From: Thermoanaerobaculia bacterium
Lineage (GTDB): Bacteria > Acidobacteriota > Thermoanaerobaculia > Multivoradales > Multivoraceae
NCBI GenBank assembly: GCA_963664405.1
Contig: OY761158.1
Coordinates: 1,792,001 to 1,856,000 of the forward strand
Length of the DNA stretch: 64,000 nucleotides
Reading direction: 5' to 3'
Under the pieces are notes generated by a model. The model saw nothing but the letters and a program-made list of their open reading frames with translations, was not told where the DNA came from and ran no database searches. The position numbers were made by a program, and so were the translations under genes. Numbering within the stretch: position 1 is the first letter of the stretch; each line of letters starts with the position of its first letter. This document shows, in pieces, positions 48,395 through 58,645 of the stretch.

Positions 48395-49519
48395 ATGAAG
48401 AACTACGATCTGGCCATCGTAGGAGGCGGCATCGTCGGCGCCTCGCTCGCCTACCACGCAGCGCGCTTGGGCGCCCGAACGCTTCTCATCGACCGCGAGG
48501 ACGAAGGACGAGCAACTGACGCCGGTGCCGGTATCGTCTCACCGGAGACTACGGCCACCGAGAGCTCGGCTCTTCATGACCTGGGGCGCCTGGCCGCCGC
48601 CTACTACCCGGAGCTCCTCGGCGACCTCGACTCAGATACCGGGTACCAACGCTGCGGCATACTCGTCGTCGCCGCCAACGACTGGGAGACCCAGTTCTTC
48701 GACGAGCTCACCACCGCCCTTGCGCGACGCCACCAGGAGAGTGAAGAAACCGCCCCACTTCCCCAGGAGATCGAGCCGAGGGCCGCACTGGAGATGTACC
48801 CACCCCTCGGCCTCATGAAACGATGTCTGTGGAGCCACGAAGCGGCGCGGATCGACGGACGCAAGACCTGCAGCGCCCTCTCGACAGCAGCCGAGGGCCT
48901 TGGCGTCGAAGTCCTCGTGGACAGCGTCAGTAGTCTCATTCTCGAGCACAAGCAAGTGCTCGGAGTGCGCGTTGGCGAGGAAGACCTGACAGCCAACGCT
49001 GTCGTCATCGCTGGTGGCGCCTGGTCGCCAACCTTCGCCGCCCAGCTCTCCTTTCCGCTGCCGGTCGAGCCGCAGCGCGGCCAGATCGCGCATCTCCATC
49101 TCGAGGGCGCCGATTCCGAGAACTGGCCAATGATCAACGGCTTCCGTGAGCACTACATGGTGGCGTGGCCGGGAGGACACATCTCGGCCGGCGCCACCCG
49201 AGAAGAAGGCGCCGGCTTCGACCCCCGGATCACCACCTGGGGCGTGCAAGAGGTTCTGGGAGAGGCGCTGCGCGTCGCTCCGGGACTGGCCGATGCAACC
49301 GTGGTCGAGATGAAAGTCGGGCTCCGGCCTCTCAGTCCAGACGGCCTACCGGTACTCGGCCGAGCTCCCGGTTTCGACAACCTGTGGCTCGCCACCGGCC
49401 ACGGCCCCTCGGGTCTGACTCTGGGGCCCTACTCCGCAAAGCTGGTGGCACAAGCCGCCCTCGGCGGCGAATGGTCACCTTGGCTGGCCGCCTTCGACCC
49501 CGCCAGGTTCTTAGATTAG
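48395..49519 (+). CDS. FAD-dependent oxidoreductase (DAO/glycine oxidase family)
   Basis: GGGIVG, ATDAGAGI, AGGAW, PQRGQI, GLRP.SPDGLP, ATGHG..GL. Confidence 0.9.
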   Translation: MKNYDLAIVGGGIVGASLAYHAARLGARTLLIDREDEGRATDAGAGIVSPETTATESSALHDLGRLAAAYYPELLGDLDSDTGYQRCGILVVAANDWETQFFDELTTALARRHQESEETAPLPQEIEPRAALEMYPPLGLMKRCLWSHEAARIDGRKTCSALSTAAEGLGVEVLVDSVSSLILEHKQVLGVRVGEEDLTANAVVIAGGAWSPTFAAQLSFPLPVEPQRGQIAHLHLEGADSENWPMINGFREHYMVAWPGGHISAGATREEGAGFDPRITTWGVQEVLGEALRVAPGLADATVVEMKVGLRPLSPDGLPVLGRAPGFDNLWLATGHGPSGLTLGPYSAKLVAQAALGGEWSPWLAAFDPARFLD

Positions 49520-49531
49520 CGCAGCGCCGCC

Positions 49532-49900
49532 TCACAAAGAGCGAGCCGAAAGGGCGAAGACGACGAAGGCGGCGATCATGAGAGTGCCGCCGATAGGAGT
49601 TATAGCGCCGAGCCATCGAGGACCGCCCAGAGCGAGGATTGCGACAGTACCGCTGAAGATCAAGGTTCCGCCGAGAAGTAGCCCGCCCGCCCACAGTAGA
49701 CTCCCGCTCTCACGCGACTGAGCAACGATTCCAATCAGCACTAATCCCAGGCCACTGTACATCGAGTAACGCGCCGCCGTCTCCCACAAGGCGAGCGCAT
49801 CTGCATCCAGGCGAGCCCGGAGGCCGTGCGCACCGAAAGCGCCACCGAGCACCGAGAGGGCGCAGAGAAGTGCGCCGGAAACGATCCAAGCTGAGCTCAT
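49532..49900 (-). CDS. DUF423 membrane protein
   Basis: GAFGAHGL, WETA..Y, FSG, LGAITPIGG. Confidence 0.9.
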   Translation of the reverse strand: MSSAWIVSGALLCALSVLGGAFGAHGLRARLDADALALWETAARYSMYSGLGLVLIGIVAQSRESGSLLWAGGLLLGGTLIFSGTVAILALGGPRWLGAITPIGGTLMIAAFVVFALSARSL

Positions 49901-50024
49901 GATCTCCCTCCTACAGACAGCATCCTGCGCGCCATGCTACCAACCGGAGACGCTGCTAGACTTCCTCGCGTCGAATCGGCACCAAGGCCCCCCTATCGAT
50001 CTGCTCAGCCCCACCGACCAAGGA

Positions 50025-51079
50025 TGAAAGACCTCCTCGAACAACTCTCCCCCTATCTCGAGAACCAGTGGGTGCGCTCACTTCTCATCCTGCTCGGCGC
50101 TCTGCTGGCTGCGAAGCTGACCGACTTCGCCATCACGCGGGTGGTGCGGCGCTTCACGGCAAAGACCCGCACCGACTTCGACGATCGGATCGTCGCTCTT
50201 CTGCATCGGCCGGTGTTCATCAGCGTGCTCCTCGCCGGTCTTGGCCTCATCACCACCGTACTCGATCTGCCGCCAGTTCTTCGCCTGAGTGTGCAGCGAA
50301 TCCTCAAGACTATCGCCATCCTGCTGTGGTCGCTGGTGATGATGCGCATGGTCACTTTGATCCTCGAGCAACTAGGCCGACTCCGCGACCGCTTCGCCAT
50401 GATCAAGCAAGAGACGGTCATTCTCTTCTCGAATCTGGCGAGAGTGCTGATTTTTGGTGGCGCTGTTTACTTCGTCTTTTTGAGCTGGAATATCGATGTC
50501 ACGGCCTGGATGGCTTCGGCGGGGATCGTCGGCATCGCCATCGGGTTCGCCGCCAAAGACACGCTCTCCAACCTCTTCGGAGGCGTATTCATCCTCGCCG
50601 ACGGTCCCTATAGAGTCGGCGACTTCATCAATCTCGACCGAGGTGAGCGTGGGATGGTCACTGACATCGGTCTGCGTACCACCCGCCTTCTGACCCGGGA
50701 CGACGTCGAGGTGACCGTTCCGAACTCTGTGATCGCGCAATCGACCGTGGTCAACGAGAGCGGCGGCCCCTGGAAGAAGACGAGGATCCGGGTCAAGATC
50801 GGCGTCGCTTACGGCTCCGACATCGATTTGGTGGAGGAGACGCTGTTACGCATCGCAGTCGCCCACGAAAAGGTCTGCGAAGAACCTGAGCCGCGAGTCC
50901 GCTTCCGCGCTTTCGGCGACTCCAGCTTGGACTTCGAGCTGCTGTGCTGGATCAGTGAGCCGGTCTTTCGAGGCCTCGTCCTTCACGAGCTCAATCGTCA
51001 GGTGTACAAAGAGTTCGGCCGGTTGGAGATCCAGATCCCCTTCCCGCAGCGAGACGTACACCTGCTCAAAGACGACTAG
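50025..51079 (+). CDS. Small-conductance mechanosensitive channel (MscS family)
   Basis: AGI.GIA.GFAAKDTL.N, P..VGD.I, IGLR.T, VAYGSD, F..FGDS.L, IPFPQRD. Confidence 0.92.
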
Positions 51080-51735
51080 TCTTCCACCGACGGAAGATAG
51101 GGCCGAAGACCGGCGAGAACGACTTCCGGCTCGTTGAAGGCGACACCGATGCCAGCCGGAAGCCCACCTGTCTCCTGACCCGGAGGGACCCTCTGCACCA
51201 CAGTCGCTTTCGCGCGCAGACTCTTACCGCTCGGCTCGGGCAACCGAAACTCCAGCACGATCTCCTGGTTGAGCTCCGGTGTAGAGTCGGTCGGGATGTA
51301 AAAGCCGCCATGCTCGAGCTCTTTGCTGTACGCCGCGAGCAGAGGCTTGTCGTCTTCCAAGACGATCTCGAAGACACCATCCTCGCCGTTCACCTTCCTG
51401 GCACCACCCCGCCCCCGTACCCGAAGCTGCTCGACCAGCTCTTCCGGCGAGAGAAAGCGCACACCCATTCCTGTCGGGCCGAGTAAGCGTAGATCGGGAG
51501 CCACCCACACCCGTCTCGCAACGACCGTCTCGAAGTGGATAGTGGTATCGCCATCTCGAATCTCGAGACGGACCCCAGTACCGCGCGTGACCGGATATGG
51601 GGTCGCGATGAACACCCCCGTGGTGGAGATATCGTGAACGTACGCCGCACGCGGGGTCGGATCGTTTCCGATCCAATACCTCACCTGCGCCCGCCGGGCA
51701 AAGCGTCGCGCAACTCGCCGTTCGTGGGGTCTCAT
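51076..51735 (-). CDS. Tandem PilZ-domain protein
   Basis: ERRVARR, DISTTG, GMGVRF; second domain GGFYIPT...GIGVAF. Confidence 0.82.
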   Translation of the reverse strand: MRPHERRVARRFARRAQVRYWIGNDPTPRAAYVHDISTTGVFIATPYPVTRGTGVRLEIRDGDTTIHFETVVARRVWVAPDLRLLGPTGMGVRFLSPEELVEQLRVRGRGGARKVNGEDGVFEIVLEDDKPLLAAYSKELEHGGFYIPTDSTPELNQEIVLEFRLPEPSGKSLRAKATVVQRVPPGQETGGLPAGIGVAFNEPEVVLAGLRPYLPSVED

Positions 51736-51823
51736 CAGTGTTCGTGTGATTGTAACCCGGCAAGCACCCTGCCACGCAACAGGTCTGCAGCGGTATACTC
51801 CTCCTTCTCTCGAGGCCACTGAA

Positions 51824-52978
51824 GTGAGTTCCAAGAAGCCCGACCTCCAAGCCCTGCGCGAAGACATCGAAGCTGTCGATCGAGAGATCCTGGCCCGACT
51901 CAAAGACCGCATGGAGCTGGTCGAGGACGTCGCGATATCCAAGGTAGAGACCGCTTTCCCGTTTCGAGACAAACAACGAGAAGAGCAGCACCTGCTACAC
52001 ATCCGGCACCTTGCGGCCGAGATATCTCTCGACGCTCACCACGTCGAGCGCATCTACCGGATCATCATGGAGATGGCGATCGCCCATCAGCAGGCACACA
52101 TCCAGGGCCTCGAGACAGCCCCTCTCCGTGTCGCCTATCAGGGGGTCGAGGGCTCCTACAGCCACTTGACCGCACAGCGCCACTACCGGAACAAGGAAGG
52201 GGGCATTCTTCTAACCGGCTGCGAGACCTTCCGCGCCGCCGCCGACGCGGTGCGCGACAGCACCGTAGATGTGGCGCTACTCGCGGTCGAGAACAGCACC
52301 GCCGGCAGCATCAATGAGACCTACGATCTTCTCGCCGAGGGCGGGCTCACCATCACCGCCGAAGTGATCTCTCAAGTCGAGCACTGCCTGCTCGCCCTGC
52401 CTGATACAGCGATCGACCAGCTTCACGCCGTCCTCTCCCATCCTCAGGCACTGATGCAGTGCGAAGCCTTCTTTCGCCGGCACCCGAAAATTCGGCCCCA
52501 GGCGGAGTTTGATACCGCCGGCGCAGCGCGCAAGGTTGCGGAATCGAACGACCCGACGCTTGGTGCCATCGCCAGCGAGTCAGCGGGGAAGGCCTTCGGG
52601 CTCGAAGTTCTCGAACGTGCCATTCAGACCCAGTCGAACAACTACACCCGCTTCGTAGAGGTCGCGAAAGAAGCAACCCCCTGCCCTCCCGATGCCGCCT
52701 GCAAGACTTCCTTACTCCTCGAAACCGCTCACAAACCCGGGGCACTGGGAGAGGTCATCGTTGCCTTCGCACGTCGGGGAGTGAACCTCACCAAGCTCGA
52801 GTCGCGCCCCATCCCGGACCGACCCTTCGACTATCAGTTCTACCTCGACATCGAAGGCCACGCCGCATCTCAAGCGATAACCGAGACCCTGGGAGAGATC
52901 GAGAGCCAGGAGCTCACTCGCGAGCTGCGGATCTTGGGCACCTACCCCAAAGCCGCTCCGGCCGCCCGCGCCAACTGA
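51824..52978 (+). CDS. pheA: Bifunctional chorismate mutase/prephenate dehydratase
   Basis: LR..I..VD.EIL, VAYQG..GSYS, ENS..GS, SHPQAL.QC, N.TRF, NLTKLESRP. Confidence 0.93.
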   Translation: MSSKKPDLQALREDIEAVDREILARLKDRMELVEDVAISKVETAFPFRDKQREEQHLLHIRHLAAEISLDAHHVERIYRIIMEMAIAHQQAHIQGLETAPLRVAYQGVEGSYSHLTAQRHYRNKEGGILLTGCETFRAAADAVRDSTVDVALLAVENSTAGSINETYDLLAEGGLTITAEVISQVEHCLLALPDTAIDQLHAVLSHPQALMQCEAFFRRHPKIRPQAEFDTAGAARKVAESNDPTLGAIASESAGKAFGLEVLERAIQTQSNNYTRFVEVAKEATPCPPDAACKTSLLLETAHKPGALGEVIVAFARRGVNLTKLESRPIPDRPFDYQFYLDIEGHAASQAITETLGEIESQELTRELRILGTYPKAAPAARAN

Positions 52979-52981
52979 ACC

Positions 52982-54190
52982 GTGGCTCAAGAACGCTTCG
53001 ATATCGCGATCGTAGGCGGCGGTATCGTCGGCCTAGCCAGTGCCCTCGCCTTGGTCCGCGAAGGGGCCAACAAAGTCGTGGTGCTCGAGGCCGAAGGCGC
53101 GATCGCCAGACATCAGACCGGGCACAACAGCGGAGTGCTGCACTCGGGCCTCTACTACCACCCAGACTCGTACAAGGCGAAGAACTGCGTCAAGGGACGC
53201 AGCGATCTGGTGGCCTTCTGCGAAGAGCACGAGATCGCCCACGAGATCTGCGGCAAGCTGGTCATCGCCACCGACCCGCAAGAGATCCCCCGCCTCGACG
53301 AGCTGGAACGGCGGGGGCGGGCGAATGGTCTCCTGGGAATGGAGCGGCTCGGTCCCGACGGAATCCGAGATCATGAGCCCCACGCAACCGGTATCGATGC
53401 CCTCTGGGTTCCGGAGACCGGTATCGTTGATTTCGTTGCCGTGGCTCGCGCCTACTCCCGACTGGTGACGGAGGGCGGCGGCGAGATCCGAGTCGACCAC
53501 CGAGTGTCTGCGATGAAAAGAGAGGCTTCAGGGCTCAATCTCGAGACCTCAGGGGGAGACCTCTTCACATCGCGCCTCATCAACTGCGGGGGGCTGCAGT
53601 GCGACCGCGTTGCGCGTATGGCGGGCGTCGACCCGGGCGTGCGTATAGTCCCCTTCCGCGGCGAGTACTTCGAACTGGCCGCGGAGCGACGCTCTCTGGT
53701 ACGCAACCTCATCTACCCGGTACCCGATCCTCGCTTTCCCTTTCTTGGAGTCCACCTCACCCGCGGGATCGGCGGAGAGGTCGAGGCCGGTCCGAACGCC
53801 GTCCTGGCCCTACGCCGCGAAGGCTACGAACGGCTCAGCTTCTCGCTCAGAGACACTCTCGATACCCTACTCTTCCCGGGTTTCTGGAGAATGGCTGGGC
53901 GCTTCTGGAAGATAGGGCTCGAGGAGATGCGCCGCTCCGGCAGTCGCCGCCTCTTCGCCGCATCGCTGCAGCGTTTCGTGCCGGAGATCCGTGCCGAGGA
54001 TCTCACCGGCGGAGGCGCCGGCGTCCGAGCTCAGGCGGTCGATCCGACCGGAAAGCTGCTCGACGATTTCCACATCGTCGAGGACGACCGCTCCATCCAC
54101 GTGCTCAACGCTCCCTCGCCGGCGGCGACATCTTCGTTGTCGATCGGCCAAGAGATCGCCGGCCGCGCCAAGCGCAGCTTCGGGATCTGA
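52982..54190 (+). CDS. lhgO: L-2-hydroxyglutarate oxidase
   Basis: HQTGHNSGV.HSG.YY, PFRGEY, IYPVPDP.FPFLGVH, NAPSPAATS. Confidence 0.92.
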   Translation: MAQERFDIAIVGGGIVGLASALALVREGANKVVVLEAEGAIARHQTGHNSGVLHSGLYYHPDSYKAKNCVKGRSDLVAFCEEHEIAHEICGKLVIATDPQEIPRLDELERRGRANGLLGMERLGPDGIRDHEPHATGIDALWVPETGIVDFVAVARAYSRLVTEGGGEIRVDHRVSAMKREASGLNLETSGGDLFTSRLINCGGLQCDRVARMAGVDPGVRIVPFRGEYFELAAERRSLVRNLIYPVPDPRFPFLGVHLTRGIGGEVEAGPNAVLALRREGYERLSFSLRDTLDTLLFPGFWRMAGRFWKIGLEEMRRSGSRRLFAASLQRFVPEIRAEDLTGGGAGVRAQAVDPTGKLLDDFHIVEDDRSIHVLNAPSPAATSSLSIGQEIAGRAKRSFGI

Positions 54191-54202
54191 TCGTCCTTCG
54201 CC

Positions 54203-54880
54203 ATGGCAACCGAGCTCCGCTTTCAAGCGACCCCCTCATCGGGCGAGGTGAGTGCGCTATTGGAGTCTCCTGCCAACGCTCGTTGCCTCTACGTACTTGC
54301 CCACGGTGCCGGTGCGGGCATGCGTCATCCCTTCCTCGAAGCGATGGCAGCTCGGCTCGCTGATCGCGGGGTGGCGACACTGCGCTACCAATTCCCCTAT
54401 ATGGAGAAAGGCGCCAGAAGGCCTGGGCCAGCGGCGGTGGCGGAGAGAACCGTGCGAAGCGCCGTGGCGAAGGCGACTGAGCTGAGCGATCTTCCTGTCA
54501 TCGCCGGCGGCAAGTCCTACGGCGGGAGAATGACCGCCTACGCGCTCGCCAAGCAGCGCGTCCCCGAGGTCCTCGGCCTCGCCTTCCTCGGCTTTCCGCT
54601 CCACGCTCCCGGCCGTGACGGGACCGAGCGCTGGAGCCCCATGAGCAGTGTCGGCCTGCCGATGCTCTTCTTGCAGGGAAGCCGCGACCGTCTCGCCAAC
54701 CGCGACCTGCTTCGGCCGCTGCTGCCAGCGCTCGAGCCACCCGCCAACCTGCACGAGATCGTCGACGGCGACCACTCATTCAAAGTGCCGAAGCGCACCG
54801 GCCGGAGCGCCGACGAAGTTCTAGACGAGTTGGCCGCGACACTGGCACAGTGGGCAACCGATCTAGTCGAAAAGAGATAA
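54203..54880 (+). CDS. Alpha/beta hydrolase (KANL3/Tex30-like)
   Basis: AHGAGAGM, FPYM, GGKSYGGR, GFPLH, QG.RD, GDHSF. Confidence 0.88.
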   Translation: MATELRFQATPSSGEVSALLESPANARCLYVLAHGAGAGMRHPFLEAMAARLADRGVATLRYQFPYMEKGARRPGPAAVAERTVRSAVAKATELSDLPVIAGGKSYGGRMTAYALAKQRVPEVLGLAFLGFPLHAPGRDGTERWSPMSSVGLPMLFLQGSRDRLANRDLLRPLLPALEPPANLHEIVDGDHSFKVPKRTGRSADEVLDELAATLAQWATDLVEKR

Positions 54881-54894
54881 CCCGAGGGGGACGG

Positions 54895-56070
54895 ATGAGC
54901 GAAACGATCCAAGTCGACATCGGCAACGACTACTCCTTCCTGCGCGACCCGGTACGCCGAATCTGCGAGAAGTTCCCCGGCGAGTACTGGCGCGAGCTCG
55001 ATGCAAAGCAGGAGTACCCCCACGCCTTCGTGGATGCGCTCACCGAGCACGAATATCTGGCCTTGCTCATCCCCGAAGAGTACGGCGGCTCCGGGCTGCC
55101 CCTGCGAGCGGCCGTGGCGGTGCTCGAGACCATCCACGAATGCGGCTGCAACGCCGCCGCCTGCCACGCCCAGATGTACACCATGGGTACAGTGCTTCGC
55201 CACGGCAGCTCGGAACAAAAACAGCGCTACCTGCCAAAGATCGCCAGCGGCGAGCTACGCCTGCAGGCCTTCGCCGTCACTGAGCCGAATACCGGCTCCG
55301 ACACCACCCAGCTGACCACCAGGGCAATTCGCGACGGCGACGGCTATGTCATCCGCGGCCAGAAGATCTGGACCAGCCGGGCGCTCCAGTCCGACCTCAT
55401 GCTCCTCTTGGCTCGAACCACCCCCGCGGATGAGGTCGAGAAGCGCACCCACGGACTCTCGACCTTCTTGGTCGATCTGCGCGAGGCACGGGGCAACGGC
55501 CTCGAGATAACGCCGATCGACACCATGATCAACCACAACACCAATCAGCTCTTCTTCGACGGTCTGCGGGTGCCGGCGGACAGTCTGATCGGCGAGGAGG
55601 GCCACGGCTTCCGCTACATCCTCGACGGTATGAACGCGGAGCGCATCCTGCTTGCCGGCGAAGCCCTGGGAGATGCTCGTTGGTTCATTCGCAAGGCGGT
55701 CGACTACGCCAACGAGCGCCAGGTCTTCGGCGCACCGATCGGCCGCAATCAGGGGATCCAGTTCCCCATTGCCCGTAACTGGGCCGAGACCGAAGCAGCC
55801 GATCTCATGGTCCGCAAGGCCGCCGCCCTCTTCGAGCTGAAGCAGCCGTGCGGAGCCGAAGCCAATACCGCCAAGATGTTGGCCTCGGAGGCCTCCTGGG
55901 GGGCCGCCGACACCTGCTTTCAGACCTATGGCGGTTTCGCCTTCGCCAAGGAGTACGACATCGAGCGCAAGTGGCGCGAGACCCGTCTGCTGCGCACCGC
56001 TCCAATCTCGACGAATCTGATTCTCGCCTATATCGGGCAGCATGTTCTGGGATTGCCGAGAAGCTATTGA
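54895..56070 (+). CDS. Acyl-CoA dehydrogenase
   Basis: IPEEYGG.G, VTEP..GSDT, GQKIWTS, ER.VFG.PI..NQ, Q..GG. Confidence 0.93.
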   Translation: MSETIQVDIGNDYSFLRDPVRRICEKFPGEYWRELDAKQEYPHAFVDALTEHEYLALLIPEEYGGSGLPLRAAVAVLETIHECGCNAAACHAQMYTMGTVLRHGSSEQKQRYLPKIASGELRLQAFAVTEPNTGSDTTQLTTRAIRDGDGYVIRGQKIWTSRALQSDLMLLLARTTPADEVEKRTHGLSTFLVDLREARGNGLEITPIDTMINHNTNQLFFDGLRVPADSLIGEEGHGFRYILDGMNAERILLAGEALGDARWFIRKAVDYANERQVFGAPIGRNQGIQFPIARNWAETEAADLMVRKAAALFELKQPCGAEANTAKMLASEASWGAADTCFQTYGGFAFAKEYDIERKWRETRLLRTAPISTNLILAYIGQHVLGLPRSY

Positions 56071-56156
56071 GGGACTAGAGTTGAGGGGGCCGCCCTCTTG
56101 CACGGGTGGGCCAAATTCGATATTCAAAAAACGCATCGTAGAGGAGAGTCAACCCC

Positions 56157-57341
56157 ATGCGCGAAGCTGTCATCGTATCTACTGCCCGTACCCCCATCGG
56201 CAAGGCGCACCGAGGCGCCTTCAACAACCTCGAATCCCCGACCATGGCCGGAATCGTCATCGCGGAGGCGGTCAAGAGAGCCGGCCTCGAAGGCGGCGAG
56301 GTCGACGACGTGGTGATGGGAGCGGCCCTGCAGCAGGGGACCCAGGGCTTCAACACCGCTCGGCAATGCGCCATCGCCGCCGGCCTGCCGATGGAGACCG
56401 CCGGCATGAGCATGGACCGCCAATGCTCGTCCGGTCTGATGTCGATCGCCACTGCGGCCAAGCAGATCGTCGTCGACCAGGTTCCGATCATGGTCGCTGG
56501 AGGTATCGACTCGATCAGCCTGGTCCAGAACGAGCACATGAACAGCTTCCGCACTCCCGACCCCACTGTCTACAAGCTCAAGCCTGAGACCTACATGCCG
56601 ATGATCGACACCGCCGAGATCGTCGCCAAGCGCTATGACATCGCCAGGGAAGCGCAAGACGAATACGCTCTGCAAAGTCAGCAACGCACCGCCGCCGGTC
56701 AGGAGAACGGTCTCTTCGACGAAGAGATCATCCCGATCACGGCCCAGAAAGCAATCTACGAAAAGGGTACAAACAAACTCCTCGGCCATGAGGAGGTCAC
56801 TCTTGCCAAGGACGAAGGAAACCGACCTTCGACCAATCTCGAGGGCCTCGCTTCGCTGCGGACAGTGCGAGAGAACGGCACCATCACTGCCGGCAATGCC
56901 AGTCAGCTCTCCGACGGTGCCTCGGCCTGTGTGCTGATGGAAGCGAAGGAGGCGGAGCGCCGCGGCCTGGAGCCACTCGGTGTCTATCGAGGCATGGCGG
57001 TCGCCGGTTGCGAGCCGGACGAGATGGGGATCGGGCCGGTCTTCGCCGTTCCCAAACTGCTCGAGCGTATGGGCCTGACCGTAGATGACATCGATATCTG
57101 GGAGCTCAACGAAGCCTTTGCGGTACAAGTGGTCTACTGTCGCGATCGCCTCGGCATCCCCAACGAGAAGCTCAATGTCAACGGCGGCGCCATCTCCATC
57201 GGTCATCCCTACGGCATGAGCGGCGCGCGCATGACCGGTCATGCACTCATCGAGGGCAAGCGTCGCGGAGCCAAGAACGTCGTCATCACCATGTGCGTCG
57301 GCGGTGGCATGGGCGCCGCCGGTCTCTTCGAGGTGCGTTGA
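56157..57341 (+). CDS. Acetyl-CoA C-acyltransferase (thiolase)
   Basis: [41 protein letters not shown]. Confidence 0.95.
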   Translation: MREAVIVSTARTPIGKAHRGAFNNLESPTMAGIVIAEAVKRAGLEGGEVDDVVMGAALQQGTQGFNTARQCAIAAGLPMETAGMSMDRQCSSGLMSIATAAKQIVVDQVPIMVAGGIDSISLVQNEHMNSFRTPDPTVYKLKPETYMPMIDTAEIVAKRYDIAREAQDEYALQSQQRTAAGQENGLFDEEIIPITAQKAIYEKGTNKLLGHEEVTLAKDEGNRPSTNLEGLASLRTVRENGTITAGNASQLSDGASACVLMEAKEAERRGLEPLGVYRGMAVAGCEPDEMGIGPVFAVPKLLERMGLTVDDIDIWELNEAFAVQVVYCRDRLGIPNEKLNVNGGAISIGHPYGMSGARMTGHALIEGKRRGAKNVVITMCVGGGMGAAGLFEVR

Positions 57342-57377
57342 GGACCCCATCACCTCGCGCTCGGAGGGAGTAGCCGC

Positions 57378-58451
57378 ATGAAATGGTCCTGGAGTCTCGG
57401 CAAGATCGCCGGGATCGAGCTCAAGGTCCATGCGACCTTCTTCCTGTTGGTCGCCTGGGTGGGCTGGACTCACTGGGCGGACGGCGAATCGCTGGCGGCG
57501 GCGATCGCGGGCATTACTTTTATTCTCAGTCTCTTCGCCTGCGTGGTCCTGCACGAGCTCGGCCACGCCTTGACGGCGCGCCGCTACGGAATCCGCACCC
57601 GCGACATCGTGCTGCTACCGATTGGGGGCGTAGCCCGACTCGAGCGCATTCCTGAGGACCCGCGCCAAGAGCTCTGGGTCGCGGTGGCGGGACCCGCCGT
57701 CAACGTGGTCATCGCCACAGTTCTCTTCACCATCATCTCCTTGACCGGATCCTGGCAGCCGGTGGGCGGGCTCACCGTCAGCGGCGGTTCGTTTCTCGAG
57801 AGAATCGCCATCGCCAATGTCATTCTGGTCATCTTCAATCTGATCCCCGCCTTTCCGATGGACGGTGGACGCATGCTTCGCGCTGTTCTGGCGATGCGCC
57901 TCGAGTACGTAAAGGCAACCCAGATCGCGGCGACCGTCGGTCAGGGCCTCGCCTTCGTCTTCGCTCTGATCGGTCTCTGGGCGGCGCCGTTCCTACTCTT
58001 CATTGCCTTCTTTGTCTGGATCGGCGCCAGCCAGGAAGCCAGTATGGTCCAGATCAAGCACGCCCTCGGGGGCATCCCGGTCGGCCGGGTGATGATCACC
58101 GAGTTCGTCACTCTCCACCCGGAAGAACCGCTGACACGCGCAATAGCCCTGACTCTGGCGGGGTCCCAGAAAGACTTCCCTGTCGTTGTCGGAGACCGGG
58201 TAGTGGGCGTGCTCACGCAGTCGACATTGATGCGTGCGCTGGCGGAGAAGGGGGAGCACGCCCAGACTGCCTCGGTGATGGAGCAGAGTTTCGAGCTCGC
58301 CGACGTCTCGGAAATGATCGAGCCGGTCTTCATCCGCCTACGGGCACGTAGATGCTCAACCCTGCCGGTACTCGAAGCGGGCCGACTGGTCGGTCTCCTC
58401 ACGCTGGAGAACGTGGGCGAGTTCCTCAGCCTTCAATCTGCGATGCGCTAG
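57378..58451 (+). CDS. Site-2 protease (M50) with CBS domains
   Basis: HELGH, AGPAVN, FNL.PAFPMDGGR, C-terminal CBS pair; its stop TAG is part of the MITE B end. Confidence 0.93.
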   Translation: MKWSWSLGKIAGIELKVHATFFLLVAWVGWTHWADGESLAAAIAGITFILSLFACVVLHELGHALTARRYGIRTRDIVLLPIGGVARLERIPEDPRQELWVAVAGPAVNVVIATVLFTIISLTGSWQPVGGLTVSGGSFLERIAIANVILVIFNLIPAFPMDGGRMLRAVLAMRLEYVKATQIAATVGQGLAFVFALIGLWAAPFLLFIAFFVWIGASQEASMVQIKHALGGIPVGRVMITEFVTLHPEEPLTRAIALTLAGSQKDFPVVVGDRVVGVLTQSTLMRALAEKGEHAQTASVMEQSFELADVSEMIEPVFIRLRARRCSTLPVLEAGRLVGLLTLENVGEFLSLQSAMR

Positions 58452-58614
58452 TGGGCCGTAACACTCGAACGTTTAGTGGCTGAGTGAGTCATTCGTGGTC
58501 GAGATCAAGGCGCGCTGACGCAGGCATAGCGGGGACTATGTCGGGGAAGCGTAACGCAGAGATCGGCCGCGAGGGCCGCTCAGGCGCTAAACGTTTGGGT
58601 GTTACGGTCCACTA
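58448..58614 (+). mobile_element. Palindromic MITE family B, complete copy
   Basis: TIRs TAGTGGGCCGTAACACTCGAACGTTTAG ... CTAAACGTTTGGGTGTTACGGTCCACTA, flanked by TA. Confidence 0.9.
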
Positions 58615-58645
58615 ACCATTCTCAACCCACGGAGCCGTTCTAGTC

